A DNA stretch of 62,863 nucleotides, filler included, from Choristocarpus tenellus KU-1152 (Eukaryota; Protista; Phaeophyceae), in assembly GCA_964200185.2 (NCBI GenBank). It is 11 parts of 11 records of this genome, joined end to end, with 100 filler letters (N's around TTAATTAATTAA, not from the genome) between each part and the next. Parts side by side here need not be neighbours in the genome. Positions count along the whole stretch, not along the records: positions 39,008 to 42,839 come from CAXNAD020017676.1; positions 42,940 to 49,884 come from CAXNAD020006999.1; positions 49,985 to 55,629 come from CAXNAD020010150.1; 8 more parts are not named here. The stretch is one strand, 5' to 3'. Below are positions 42,001 through 55,100 of the stretch, piece by piece. The notes beneath the pieces are model-generated. The model was not told the DNA's origin and did no database searches. It worked only from the letters and a program-made list of their open reading frames with translations. Made by a program: the position numbers and the translations under genes. The stretch's first letter is position 1; the number at the start of each line of letters is the position of its first letter.

Positions 42001-42475
42001 TTGATAGCGAAGCAAACTTGACACGTTGCTAACACGGTGCACGCAGTTACCCACACCACCACTGGAAATCGCGAGACTCCAAGAAGACTTTGTGTGTGAG
42101 CGTCGGTACGTCGGAATGTCCTCCTTCCCCACACGAACAAAAAAAAAACGTGCTGCGGTACATCACAACATCTTTAACCAACGCCGGAATAACCCCTACA
42201 TATGTGACGAAACCTTATCGCATGGCTAACCCACTTCAATGCCACAATGTTGGGCTGTCACATGTACGCACATGATATTGCAGGTATTCACGTCTCTCGT
42301 TCAAGAACGCGTGATAGGCCCTTCCTGCCTGCCGGAAGCCTTGGGGCAGACCCTCGTCCCAACGGAGACGCAGCGATGTTTTGCTGAGGCCGTCAATCCT
42401 CAGGGAAAGGCAATGGAACGCGATGAGGCGACCATTTTCGTTGCGAAGACGGTGGCGACGGACTTCGGCTACTAG
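39008..42475 (+). CDS. PHD-like zinc finger + degenerate beta-class N6A/N4C methyltransferase-like domain (5' partial). Exons 39008-39112, 39505-39683, 40210-40520, 41037-41221, 41504-41684, 42284-42475
   Basis: All five GT-AG introns are phase-consistent (2,1,0,2,0). Finger: CTEC-x9-CPKC-x3-H-x3-C-x15-CINC. MTase-like C-terminus: PMWALHFLVNRYTNAVDTVVSFSAERHNVVEAALERSRRVEVF. Confidence 0.65.
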
Positions 42476-43095
42476 ATCGAGGTGAATGTGGTATAGAATG
42501 CACTAAGTTACACATTTTGTGAAGAACGAACGGCAGAGTCTAGTTACCGGCACGCAGAATAAACATTTTTTTTTATTCCAGAGTACGAACCTATCTAATG
42601 CGGCACCCAAATACGTCGCGTAGAAAATTATGGACCTTGCAGGTAAGTATTGGATCGGTAGTATGTTCAACGTTTTGCCACAATAAGGTTGCCGTTTTTG
42701 TACCACCTTCAGACGAGATTACCTCCAAATCACGAACATTCATGAATCACCGAACTCTGCCCCCCCCCCCCACCCCCCCCCCCCCCCCCCAACCCCCCCC
42801 CCCCCCTTTTTTTCCCCCACACCCCCCCCCCTCCCAACCNNNNNNNNNNNNNNNNNNNNNNNNNNNNNNNNNNNNNNNNNNNNTTAATTAATTAANNNNN
42901 NNNNNNNNNNNNNNNNNNNNNNNNNNNNNNNNNNNNNNNATGGGGATGATCTTGTTCTATATCGTGATCAGTATGCCTTCAGTTCCCCTGCACTGTCAGC
43001 ATTTACATCGAATATACTACTACACACACGTAAGATACCATTAATGGTCTTCAATTCTTCTGTGGAGTACCAGTACCAGTACCAGTACTATCTTA

Positions 43096-44130
43096 CAAGA
43101 TTCGCAATCTTGGTTGGCATTGCAAAGAAGCAAGAAAAAAACGTGACTAAAGCTCTCATCGACCGTATTTTTTCCATCTTTGGTCCTCCTGAAACACTCC
43201 ACTCTGACCAAGGCAAAGAATTTGAGAATATACTCCTGGCTGAGTTGCGTAAAGTGTATCGATTGCATAAAATCAAGACAACGGCATATCGACCGCAAGG
43301 CAATAGTACATGTGAACGTATTCATTCTACAATGCATGGTATGCAGGCCATGTATTCAAATATGGACCATTCTTACTGGGTCCTATTGTTGCCCTTTGTA
43401 CAGCTAGCACATAATACAGCCTATGATACCACTGTTCAAGAAATCCCATTTTTTCTCATGTTTGGGAGGCGCCCAATTTTACCAATTGATCTTATTTTGG
43501 GGGTCCTTGAGGCCACCTCCATGACTGCACAAGAATACAGTATGAAAACAGTGGAGAATTTGCAGCTAGCCTATGACTTAGCCCGGGGTAATATTGGTGA
43601 GATGGTTCTAAGGAATGAATCGAAGAATGTGAACCATAAACTCCCACTATACGGACCCGGAGATAAAGTGTGGCTTCACAAACCACATACTTCAGCTGAT
43701 GCACCAAACTCCAAGTTATTGTCCCCTTGGAGAGGATCTTATGAAGTGAAGGCACGAATAACACCTGTTTAACGCGTAAAACGCTTGGAAGATCGACGTG
43801 AAGTGACAGTTCATGTGGCCAGACTTAAACCCCACAAGGAAGGAACAGGCCCAGAGCCTGATATTGATGCCCTTAATTCACTCTCTTAGGTCGGATTTTA
43901 CCCGAACCGGACCTTGATCAGGGGTCAAAGACACAGCCAACTATTGGATCTTACAATGTAGAGGGCATTGTTGATTATAAACGTGGTGTAGGAAGAAAGA
44001 CTACCCGCAATTATTTGTACCGACATTGCTTTCAGGGATATTCACCGGCCAGCGATGTATGGCGCAAACCCGCTGGAATACTTGAATGAGCAGAGATGAT
44101 CGCAGCCTATAGGGATGAGAACAAGTTGGA
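43096..44130 (+). mobile_element. Ty3/gypsy integrase remnant with C-terminal chromodomain
   Basis: FGPPETLHSDQGKEF...TTAYRPQGNSTCER...KLLSPWRGSYEV...VHVARLKP, then YNVEGIVDYK...YLYRHCFQGYSPASDVW. Confidence 0.92.
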
Positions 44131-44437
44131 CCTCCCTATTGTAAGAGTCATTGACCAAGCGACTTGTCATAATCAAAAGACACCTGCCAATACAACAGCC
44201 GAAGAACTTGTAGTACCGCCAACTGGATGTCCACTGAATAGCAACCAAGCCTCCTCTAATACTTGTGACACCCCTCCTTGTGGACCGGAAAGTTCGATGA
44301 ATGCCTCTATACTAGTGGGTTGCCGGCGTGGTGAGTTGCCACCAGATTGCACAGATAGATATTATTTTTCTTTTTCACTACCAAGATGGCGGAAGCGACG
44401 CCGATAGATTCTTGAAGGCTGTATCTAGGCTCCGTCG

Positions 44438-45220
44438 GGGTGGTATTTTCAGAGCTGATCTAGTTAGCGACTTGAGTCTCGCGAAGTAGAAAGACTGCTC
44501 TCATCCGGAAACAAACACAGGTTGGTCCTATCTGTGACAAGCATGCATACCCTTTCAAAATATCATTTACCTTGGGTATTATATTTTACTTTATTATTTC
44601 TTTTAAACAACTGTGCACATACAATAAAAATTTAACAGTTCAACTTACTGGTTACCCAAGCACCTTGGAGGTAAGTTGTTGAAGAAGAGTTGATAGTAAG
44701 GGATGATGAATCTTCCAATCACCCTTGATACTATTCCCACAACACTCCCTAATATATGACTTGGTCTACCAAAGCTGTGGTGATACCAAGCTTCATCCAC
44801 TCAGACCCCGGGAGACACGTAGGAGACAGGCTGGTCCACGCCATTTTTCTCACTGCGCTTTACACCTTTTAACACAGATTTCACTTTGGACTAAGGTGGT
44901 ATTTAGAGCTGACGTATTAGACGACTTTGGAATCGTGGAGTAGGAAGATTGCTCTTATCCGGAGACATAAGACAGTGATTCCACATGTGAGAAGTATGCA
45001 TATTTGCTGTTCAAAATATTATTTACCACGGGTATATAATATTTTACTCCTTTTAACAAATGTGCATATAACAAACATTTAAAGTCCATATTTTTCTGAT
45101 TGTCCAAGCACCTCGGAGGCAAGTTGTTGAACAAGACAGGATAGTAAGGAGATGAGTTTTAACCACCCTTGACACTATCCCCACAACACTCCCCAATAGA
45201 TGACTTGATGTACCAAACAA
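44438..45220. repeat. Two diverged direct repeats about 450 bp apart (44438-44775, 44895-45220)
   Basis: Shared blocks GGTGGTATTT..AGAGCTGA, TGCTCT.ATCCGGA, CAAAATAT.ATTTACC, CAAGCACCT.GGAGG.AAGTTGTTGAA, CCACAACACTCCC.AATA.ATGACTTG. Confidence 0.85.
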
Positions 45221-47246
45221 CTTGGACTAGTGTGCGACCTAGGGCTGATCACCACTAGTGTTCCACCTTTCATTTTTCTTTACCCTGAGTTGATTCAACC
45301 AGGATGTTTTCATTTTTTTTCCCTCCCATAGATGAACCTGTCCGACATGAAGTGCTGGCCAGCCACTTTTGTGTTTGTGTCGGATAGTATCTACACTGGG
45401 GGGGGGTAATGTCAGATACAGGTTCCTCTGTTCGGATCTCCGACACACACATTTGTGGATAAGATGTGCGATCATACACATTTGTGTGCACCAACGTCAT
45501 TTGAACTCACCCATAACGACCAGTCCAATAAACCAATCACACACATAAGATCCGGATTTGACCAAACAGCCAAAACGGACTGTCAGAATGAAGATCTATT
45601 CCGATTCTAACTTATCCATTTCTCTGCTGTGACGTTGCTCAGTCATTTGGGAACATTTGTTTTGCCTTGAGGTTTTTGTTCTGTTTTGGATTCCCTCAAC
45701 TCTTCTGAGATGTTGGACCGAGACCTTGGATACTCGGTCTCATCCTCTGAGGTGGAAGAGTTCACTCCAGTGATTGTGATTGCCCCCTTGAGCAGAGAAC
45801 TTGGCACCTTTGACACTTCGACATCAATATTAAATATGTGAATCGTGTGATTCTGTGGCGGCGTGGTTCACTCAGGTAAGGGTGGCGAAGAGAATCACCA
45901 GGCAAGATGGACAGACAAACAAAGACGAACCGTAACCAAGAGGACAAGGTTAAGGTTGGACAAGTGTAAGGCAGCTTGTACAAGAACTGTGAGAACTGGC
46001 AAACTGATGATCTAATTGGAGAGGATCGTCAGAAAACATCAAGACGTGAGAACGAACTGAATCTTTCATGTTTGATAACTCTGAACGAAGCGCTGTCTCA
46101 TATCTGTGGAACTGGACTCTTGAAGAGATTCCATGGATTCATTCTCACGGAAGATCCGCCACTGTAATCATGAATGCTTAACAAGGAACCTCAATCAGTG
46201 TAACAGTATAAAAACAGACTTTCCACATCACCCTCCCTTCTGATTGGCCTTGAAGCCATGTAAACATGATTCACAGTCAACCAAATAGTGAGCTCTGGGA
46301 GGGAAATGGGAAATATGTGTGACTGCTAGTACACACTATTGCACCATTGTAGTACATGGTTCCATTAATACAAAATGAAGTATAATATATAAATGAGGCA
46401 TTAATGAATATCTGATCAGGATAACATTAGCCTAAGGTTAATGTTGTGTGGTCAGCACACCAATCAAGCTTACGAGGTCTGAGAGTATGGAATCAGCATA
46501 TCAATCAGTCTAAGGACGAGGTGAGAGGTATATGTGGTCAGCATATAGGTCTCTATTATCTTGTTTAAAACAGAGGATACTCAGAATGGGGATATGAGGA
46601 CCAAACACTGTATGGTGTCAATAAACGGTTTGACTAGCATTTGTGATTCAACATTGCTATACGGGTGTTATACGATGATTTGATCGCCACTCCGATGCAT
46701 GAAAACATCACATGTTACATACCAAATCAACACAGCAAATGATGAGATCAAATGTGTGTACCCATTCTCCTTCCTCAATTCTGACATCGATTGGAATATT
46801 GCTCATGATGACTAGAATATTCCAAGTGGGCAACTCAGACGTACGGCGTTGGTGGCTCAACTCTCCTAAAACGATACGAGGTGACTGTACGGTCATTACA
46901 TCATGTTGGGGGGATCATGCCACTCAAAATAAAATAAATAACATGTATGACTCACCTGAAGTCTCCATATCTTACCTAGTGGTAGACTTGAATCTTCATT
47001 TTTGTTTTATTATGGGGTTAGTCATTTCATGATAATCAATAAATTCATATCATGAACATGTGAGGTGATGTAATGAACAGTCACCTCTAGCACACAAGTG
47101 CTAATGTGAGCGGCAATACAGTCTCTTCACCATCGCATGTGTCCACTCATGTAAACGAGGAGAGTTGAGAGATAACATTAACTGCATTATTAATTTATCT
47201 TAATCCACCACCATATATGTATAGTCTATTTACAAGGATTGATAAA

Positions 47247-47639
47247 GAGTGAAAGTATCTTAGAGGGTACGAGTTTTTCCCTGTTTGTCAATTTGGGCCT
47301 TGGCTTCCCACCGGTTATAAGGACATTCTAAATACTCCAAGACGTTTTGGAGTGGCTCAAAGTATCTGAGGGGGGGAGGGGTGTACACCACGATCCCACT
47401 CATGCAACCAAATTCACCCAAATGATGAAATGGAGAAATGGACCCCAAATGGACAGTCACCACACCCCCCAGATACTTTGAGTCAGTAGGCAAAATTGTA
47501 TACATTATGAAAATGTGTGTGCGGAACAAGGATATTGACATCTCGTAACAAACACAATAGCCAAGATTACATCAAAATTGCAACATTGGATTTTGGCCCC
47601 CAAATGGACGTGGCTCTACCCTGTAAGATCCTTTGACTC
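47247..47639 (+). mobile_element. MITE family A copy hosting a family B insertion
   Basis: GAGTGAAAGTATCTTAGAGGG / CCCTGTAAGATCCTTTGACTC; TSD AAA. Confidence 0.88.
47354..47484 (+). mobile_element. Short MITE family B copy nested in family A
   Basis: GGCTCAAAGTATCTG / CAGATACTTTGAGTC; TSD AGT; host sequence rejoins as GTTTTGGAGTAGG. Confidence 0.88.
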
Positions 47640-48093
47640 AAACCTGATAAACACAAGATGCCAAGGTAGAGCTGATCTTGAACAGGTTAACCGACATCTG
47701 TTACCAGTTATCTCATCTCTTCACAAAACGATAGGCTATACCCATCTAGGGCAAAATGACACACAAACGATTCGTCTAAACTAGATGGTCAACCTATGTA
47801 AAGGATTACGGTGTGTGGGTATGACGAGATCCGCCCAAGACACACAAGTCATAAAAAACACACTAATAAATAAAAATAAGAATAAAAAAATTGACAAGGA
47901 TCTGTACCACACATATATACAGTAATCTCTTTACTGAAACAATAGGTCACAACATTATGGCAACGTGTATGGTATACAGATTATGTAAAGGAGTATGATA
48001 ACTGACACATCTGCAAAATGTCAGAGGGCGTAACAGTAATATAATAGTAAACATGAATTCTCAAGTCAACACTGTTTGGGACGAGAATTTTTA

Positions 48094-49600
48094 CTAGTTA
48101 TCCAATCCATTTACTGTACGATAGGCTGCAATCATTTCACGGTATTGTGGGATCTGTTTTATTCTGTTGTGAGGATCACAAGACGGTACATAGCCACAAA
48201 GACGAAGGCGATAGATAATAATAGTGGACAAACGACAACCAGGGTCAGGTATATGTCCAACAATGCTATATATAGTATATTGACCAATAACAGGTTGAGA
48301 GATTTGATGGTCTACACCTGGTAATGGTAATGGTTTTCCCAGAAACAAATAATCCAGTTTATTAAATCTGGCGTGGGAGGTTGGACTTGAGGATAGCAAC
48401 GCTCCATTCTACCCAGACAAACGTAAAATGGATGCAGGTTTCCAAGTAATACTACCCTGTACATGATAGGTGATACCTTAGAATGTGCTTCGTACGGATC
48501 CATCCAAGGGCGAAGTAACCTCGGATTCGGACCATCAGTACTCTCATGTGGCCTATGGACTAGAACTTGATCACCAGGTACGAAAACGGGGAACATGAGA
48601 CGTTGGTTGACACGTTCCTGATTTTTATTGTGTTCATGGAGGTTACGACGTGCCAACACAAATGCAAGCTATAAATTATCTTTGGTTTGCTGAGCAAACT
48701 CTTCAGTAGTGACATCTGAATCAGCATTAGGCGAACCAAGGATAATATCAGCAGGTAAACGAGCTCGTATTCCAAACAGAAGGAAAAATTGAGTTTCATG
48801 CAATGTTGGACTGAATGCTGTGTCATGGGCTAACTGTACGAAAGGCAGTAACAATGCCCAGTTATCCTCGGCAACAGAGATATACATTGCTAGCGTAGAA
48901 TGCAACGTAGAATGTACTCTTTCTAACACAGAATTCCCTTAGGGGTGATCCAGTGTGGTTTTGATTTTCTTGTAACCAAAGACAGATTGCAACTCTGCAA
49001 CAATACTGTTTTCAAATTCGGTACCTTGATCGGAGTGTTACAACTCGGGTGGGCCAAAAATTGAAAATACACGTTCTACCAGCGTACGAGCAAATGTTGC
49101 AGCCTGTTTATTTGGAACAGGACACAGCACAACAAAATGAGGGAGGTGATAATGGCAGATAACACATACGAGCACACCACACCATTTGCTGCTGGGGAAC
49201 ATGTTTTTTACTCTACCAAATAGATAGCAACACGTTGAAATGGTCTGTCAACAGGCATATGGCCAGTGGGAAGCATAGCTTTGTTAGGGGCAGTCTTACG
49301 CGTTTGGCATGCTTGACAATCACGATACCATCTACGAATGTTGATATTGAATGTTGGTCTCCAATACAAGTCTCTAACCTTATCGAATGTGGGTTTGAAA
49401 TCTAAGTGGCCTCCAGACAATGCATGGTCATGACAACCATGGAGTATATGACGGACTAAAGAGGGAGGAACGACCAACTGGTCTCTAAACGTGCTCCTCT
49501 TACGAAGATGGCCTAGTAAATACGAACAATACAGTAAAAGCCATTACGAAGGAAAAAATACGACATAGGCGTCGTTGATTCCGTATCAGGTGGTGAGCGA
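48094..49600 (-). mobile_element. Ty3/gypsy integrase remnant (HHCC finger, core, GPY/F-like motif, chromodomain); same clade as the 43096 copy
   Basis: HDHALSGGHL...CQACQTRK...RPFQRVAI; ERVHSTLH...WALLLPFVQLAH; GDQVLVHRPH...LLRPWMDPYE; YTIYSIVGH...YRLRLCGY...EMIAAYR. Confidence 0.92.
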
Positions 49601-52162
49601 CGTTGGGGGACTGCAAATACCTGAAATATGGTCCAAACTCGGATTCCTGCTCCGTGCGCAATTGCTCCAGTCCACTGCAGGAAACACAGTAGTGGAACTA
49701 GTAAATAGTTCACAATCACTTTGGACGGGCGTTGCTTGGTCAAGGTTAGAAACAGATAACTCATATTCTTTTTGAATACGTGTGGTAATGTTGAAATATT
49801 CCACGCTGGACCCGCGGCTTTGGTGCTTTGGTGAAGGACAATGAGCAGCTTAATGTAGATGAGCAAAGTTAATATTACAACAGANNNNNNNNNNNNNNNN
49901 NNNNNNNNNNNNNNNNNNNNNNNNNNNNTTAATTAATTAANNNNNNNNNNNNNNNNNNNNNNNNNNNNNNNNNNNNNNNNNNNNCAAATGGACAGTCGTT
50001 ACCCCCTCCCAGATACTTTGAGCCATATATAGCATACAAATAAGATACTACTCCAGAGTAGCAGCTATCACTAGGCACAACGCAGTGAATATTTGTAACA
50101 ACTGTGGTGAGACCCTTCTCCTTCTACACTTCGACCTCTTCCAGTCCCCCTCCCCCTTTTTTTCCAAACTTCTTGAGGGATGATTGGACCAAAACGTAAA
50201 TTGTTTGGTGTTGTTGTGAACTTAGCAGAGAGCGCTTAGAGTACGCTTCAAACTAAGTCAGCTCGGGCAATTTCAAATTATTGTATTCAATCACCAGTGC
50301 ACAGGGTAAGGAGCGCCAAACTGTACATTGTTCCATCAGGAAAGAGGCATCATGACTGGTTTGAGGTCCCTACGGTGGGACGAAAAATTGGACTTGAACT
50401 GTTTTGTGTCCTCTTTCTCCATCTGCCATAAAGCATTTTCTCCGGTAACATCTGAGACACAACAATAGGTACAGAAGCTGTGCAAAACATGCACTAACTC
50501 CTAATGCTTCAAAGGAGAGTTCAATTGGACTCAGTCTCCCCATCCATCATGGAGAACATCACAGCATACCCTATGCTACATAGACCCCATCAATCGATCT
50601 TCTGCAACCCCCCCCCCGCTAGTAAAAACTTAGCTCAACCAGTATCCTTCATGCTCACATATATAGCATACTAGTAGTAGTACCTCCACCCGTTGCCAAA
50701 ACCTAGCTTGCTCCTTTCTTTTCATAAACCCCCGCACCATCGTGAATTTCATAACTTACCCTCTTAACTTAGATCTTTCGTTGATTAGTCTTCTCTATTG
50801 TAGCAGCCTTTCTCCATTCTTTCTGGATTCGATTTTCCAGTGGCCTGCATTTTGACATACACATCATCCTATCCTATACACCATGCTCCCTGCAGCTTCC
50901 ATCCTTACTCCATAGCAAAATTAGTAGGACTCTTATCTTTTTTTAAGAACTAGAAAACTAATCTCATTAGTCCCTGCTCTGGGCGTAGTCCCCCACCATC
51001 ATGTTGGAACCTGGGATTGTAGTATCAGTAATGTAAATGGTGAGAAACGACCAGTACTGGAACAGTCAGTATGAACTAGTAATACTTTATGGTATCAATA
51101 ATACAAAAGGTGAGCAGCCTGTGTTTCAACATGTCATGCTTGCACAGTTCCATTTCTTGATCACCATCTCCTCCCTAAATGATTTGCCACTAGTTTACCC
51201 CTACACCAATGAAGGTCTTCGCCATTTTCGCAAGAGCTTCGCCGACCCTGGATGACTGACGGTGGCATTATGGCAACTTTCCAACACCTACAACATCAGA
51301 ATGACACCTATTAGTGCCACACCATACGTGGCGACCACGTGCGTTTCGCGCGCCTTGCCTAGGATGCATACAGTACACATAGTCAACATCATCGACGATA
51401 TAGAATTTCTTTTGGTTTTGGACCTCACACATCTGAAAAATGTCAAAGGGCACGATAATATAAATATAAAACTTCACAAATATTTCGATTCCACACCACA
51501 CCAACCGTAAAAAATGAAACTAATTCAAGGCAATAAATGATACATACCATCTTCAATGTATCGTTTCGTCGAAGCAAAAAAAGCATAAAGAAACTGCTCA
51601 CCTCCTACAATCGCGTCTATTTAAATATTGTTGCAAAAGTCGTGAGGGTGTGTGGTGTGAGTGAGGGCAATGACTACTCCACGTGCGACTGCCACATTAC
51701 GTTTCCTCGATGCGGAGGTCATGGAGCGCATGAGGGGTGTGCCCAAGGTATGCTGTGCACTACGGAGGGAAGGATTCGTTCCCGCTGTTGTTGGTCGTTC
51801 GCTTGTTTGGAGTCTGTTATCGTAAACACAGCACGCAGATTCCCCTAACATGCTCCTACAACCAATGGTCCTACGACTCAAGGCGCTCGGAGAGAGAGGA
51901 TGAAGTCGCCATAATCATTTACTGATTGCCTCGCTTGCGACCGCGTATCGTATTTTTTTACCCTCAATACTACGGACAGAGAATGGCCATCGTGTCTTTC
52001 NNNNNNNNNNCTTGCGTCCGCGTATCGTATTTTTTTTTTACCCTCCATACTACGGACAGAGAATGGCCATCGTGTCTTTCCTAGTTAAGGTCTCTTAAGG
52101 TTGCTTCCCCATACAACGCGAGTACGAGGCGAAGAGGAAATTCGGACAAAATCGTTTGCCTA

Positions 52163-55100
52163 ATGAATCGGATGTATGCTCGGTCGATGGAGAGTGGGCC
52201 TGCTGAGCGCTTCAGACAAGAGCAAATCGTCGTCACAGCTTGTCCCGCAACGATACCTCATGCTACACTCACCCGTCGTTTACCTCATCATCATCATCCA
52301 CTTCTATCGAAGATTTCTCTTCCTGACAAAAACGCCTCCTCTTGCCCTCTTACTCTGTATGACTATAAGACGTCTGCGAAGGATGATCTACTAGCGATGA
52401 GAATTCAAACACTGGTTGAGAATACGACAACCGGCGCCTCTTCTCACTCTTTCAGGAAATTTGGTATCGGCGTGACAGAAACGTTGAACGACTTCGCCAG
52501 GTTGGTCGCTCCCCTCACTCAATATCCCTCTCGCCCTCCTGTCCGTCAGAAGTCGAAACATATGCTGGTGGGCTCTTGGTTGGGAGGGGTTCCAAATTCA
52601 ACTACTGCTTCAGAGTTGTATTCCATGCACTAGTTAGACTGGTATATTTTGGGCAAGTCGTTCACCATTGCGAGTTATCAGACAATCATCGCTATATGCA
52701 TGCCTTTGATGTTGCAATCGGGAGGCCTTTCAAGGAAAACCTCTCTTGTTTATATATCAGTCGCACCAACGATGAGGAGTAGGAAACATGCTACAAAAAG
52801 CTAGATTTTTTCCAGTATAAATGGTGGTTTAGTGCACATGTCACATTTGAGTCACAACAGGGAAATTCATGCATGTTATTTGCTATCCCCTCAGCCTCCT
52901 AAATCTTGGTGTGGCGTCTTTGCAAAGAAGCTTGAAACACAGAACTGCTTTGAGCTCTAGTAGATGTTGTTCTGTGTGGTGTTGTACATTAAATTCTTGC
53001 TCAATCCCTAAACATTCACTGCCAGCTATAATATACTAAAAAAAAAAAGTTGGAAATGGTGTAAATCAGTCGCTTAACGATAACACGCAGCCCTTTGCCA
53101 TTCCTCTACTACTTGACACATCCAACCACTCCAGGGTTGGAGCTTGCCAATTCAGCTCCATGGCACACCAACTACTTGATGGACATGTATGCGAGCGGTT
53201 CCGACCAGACATCACCCTCAGGTATCTGGTTGAACATGCTATCATAAGGACAAGTACCAAGTATTAAAAAATGTAGGGGTTGCAAAATTAATAGGAGAGA
53301 AAGAGGGAGGAAGCTGATGACGGAGAAATATATATTCGGATAGAGGAAGTGGTAGAGCTTGGGAGCAAAGTCCCAGCCTATGAGCTGTGAAAAGAACTAG
53401 GATGGTATATTCCATGGGGATGACAATATTAGTAGTATGCTGGTATGGACATGAATGCACCGCTGCAATTGTGCCTAATACATCAGAATTCAATCTCTTA
53501 TATTGCTGCAGAAGAGAACAACAAAAATGTTTCAGGTCGGTGACACTACCTGTGCTGGGTTGTTTTGCCCTTACTGGGCAACAGGGTGCCATTGCAGGGA
53601 TAGAGCTTGCTTTGAATTCAAACATGTAATATGTTGCAAACAATTTGGACCATTAGTGCATCTAATTGAGTGCGGAGGAACAAGGACTGCCAAGGAGGCC
53701 TGCGACATCAGGGTGTAGGCAAGGGGGAAAGGTTTTTCTCAGAATGGACATATTGACAGTAATTCGATAAATATGCAACGTGAGCGATGCTTTCTCCTTT
53801 CCATTCCCTGCCTTGTCCAACCTACTGCCCTCTGCAGTTCTCAACACAGCCATTGCAATAATTTATTTATGACAGCAGCCCAGCTCTCACTGTGCCCCTT
53901 GTCATTCTCACTTCTTCCTGTGCAGGGAGCTAGCCGTTGACCACATCAAGGGTAACAGTGATGTGTTCCAATACTTCTTGGGAAATGCAGTGGCCCGAAC
54001 CAGGACCCAGATGAAAGTGGGTACCCTCTAATCGAAAACGCACTATGTGCAGTATCGTTCTGTATTTCGATGTGTTCCTTCCCTTCCACTCTCTCTATAG
54101 ATCCTTGACCCATCTACCCCTATACCTACCACTCTCCTCTCTATACTCCTTCTCTTGGGCCTGCTTCCACTGATACACTTTCCTTTCCTTTGTGTTTCCT
54201 GTGTTTGGTCGCCAAAGTGCAGGCTGGTGGTCAATCCATATCTATGGACACCTTTGTGAGACATATGAGATGCGTGAGCACTGATGGAGATCATTTAACC
54301 CTGCAGGCAATTAGCAACCTCTTTAATGTGAGGACCCAAGAAAGAAGGAGGGGATTGGAGAGAGAGAGAAGTAGGGTGGGGGATTGGCTTGCCAGAGGTG
54401 ATTGAACACATGTCCGCCACATATGTGAGCACAGGAGCAAAGAAGAAAACCCTGCTTTAGTCTAGTGTTGAGAGCAGTCGAAAGGAGCATGCTTTGTATG
54501 TGCCATCCCAGAAAGCATACAGCCGTACAGGTAGATGCTGTGTTCTTAAAGGTATCGTATTGTAGCATGTAGCATGCATTATGTGCTGAACAACATACCA
54601 CGAGCAACCATGTAATACACTTTTGCGTTGACTCAGAGCCAAAGTATCTTAGAGGGTACGAATTTTGCCCTGTTTGTCCATTTGGGGCTTGGCTTCCCAC
54701 AGGTTATTAATGACATTTTATCTACTCCAAAATGTTTTGGAGTAGATAAAATGTATACGTTATGAAAAGTAGTGTCCAGACTAGGATATTGACATCTCCT
54801 AAGAAACATGATAGCCAAAATAACATCAAAATTGCAACATTGGAGTTTAGTCCCCAAATGGACACGGCTCTACCCTTTAAGATACTTTGACTGTCATTAA
54901 TTTTGTTAAACAGTGGGTTGTCCTTGTAAGGGGAAAACCTCCGGGTACTGGTTGGTGTGGACTATTTTCTTTGCCAAGGTAACATTGAGACACAATGCAA
55001 CTTGTTCTGACTAAAAAAACCTTCGATATTCCTTCCCTCTCCTCATCAACTGCACGGAAGACCACGATAGGAGTTGTCAGCATATTCGAACTTGCATCGA

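Noticed and set aside
50200-51900. Possible minus-strand gene divergent from the OTU gene
   Set aside because: Splice-like sites are present, but I could not build a consistent open frame.
51935-52080. ~66-bp direct repeat flanking a 10-N gap
   Set aside because: Typical unmerged overlap of scaffolded contig ends or haplotypes.
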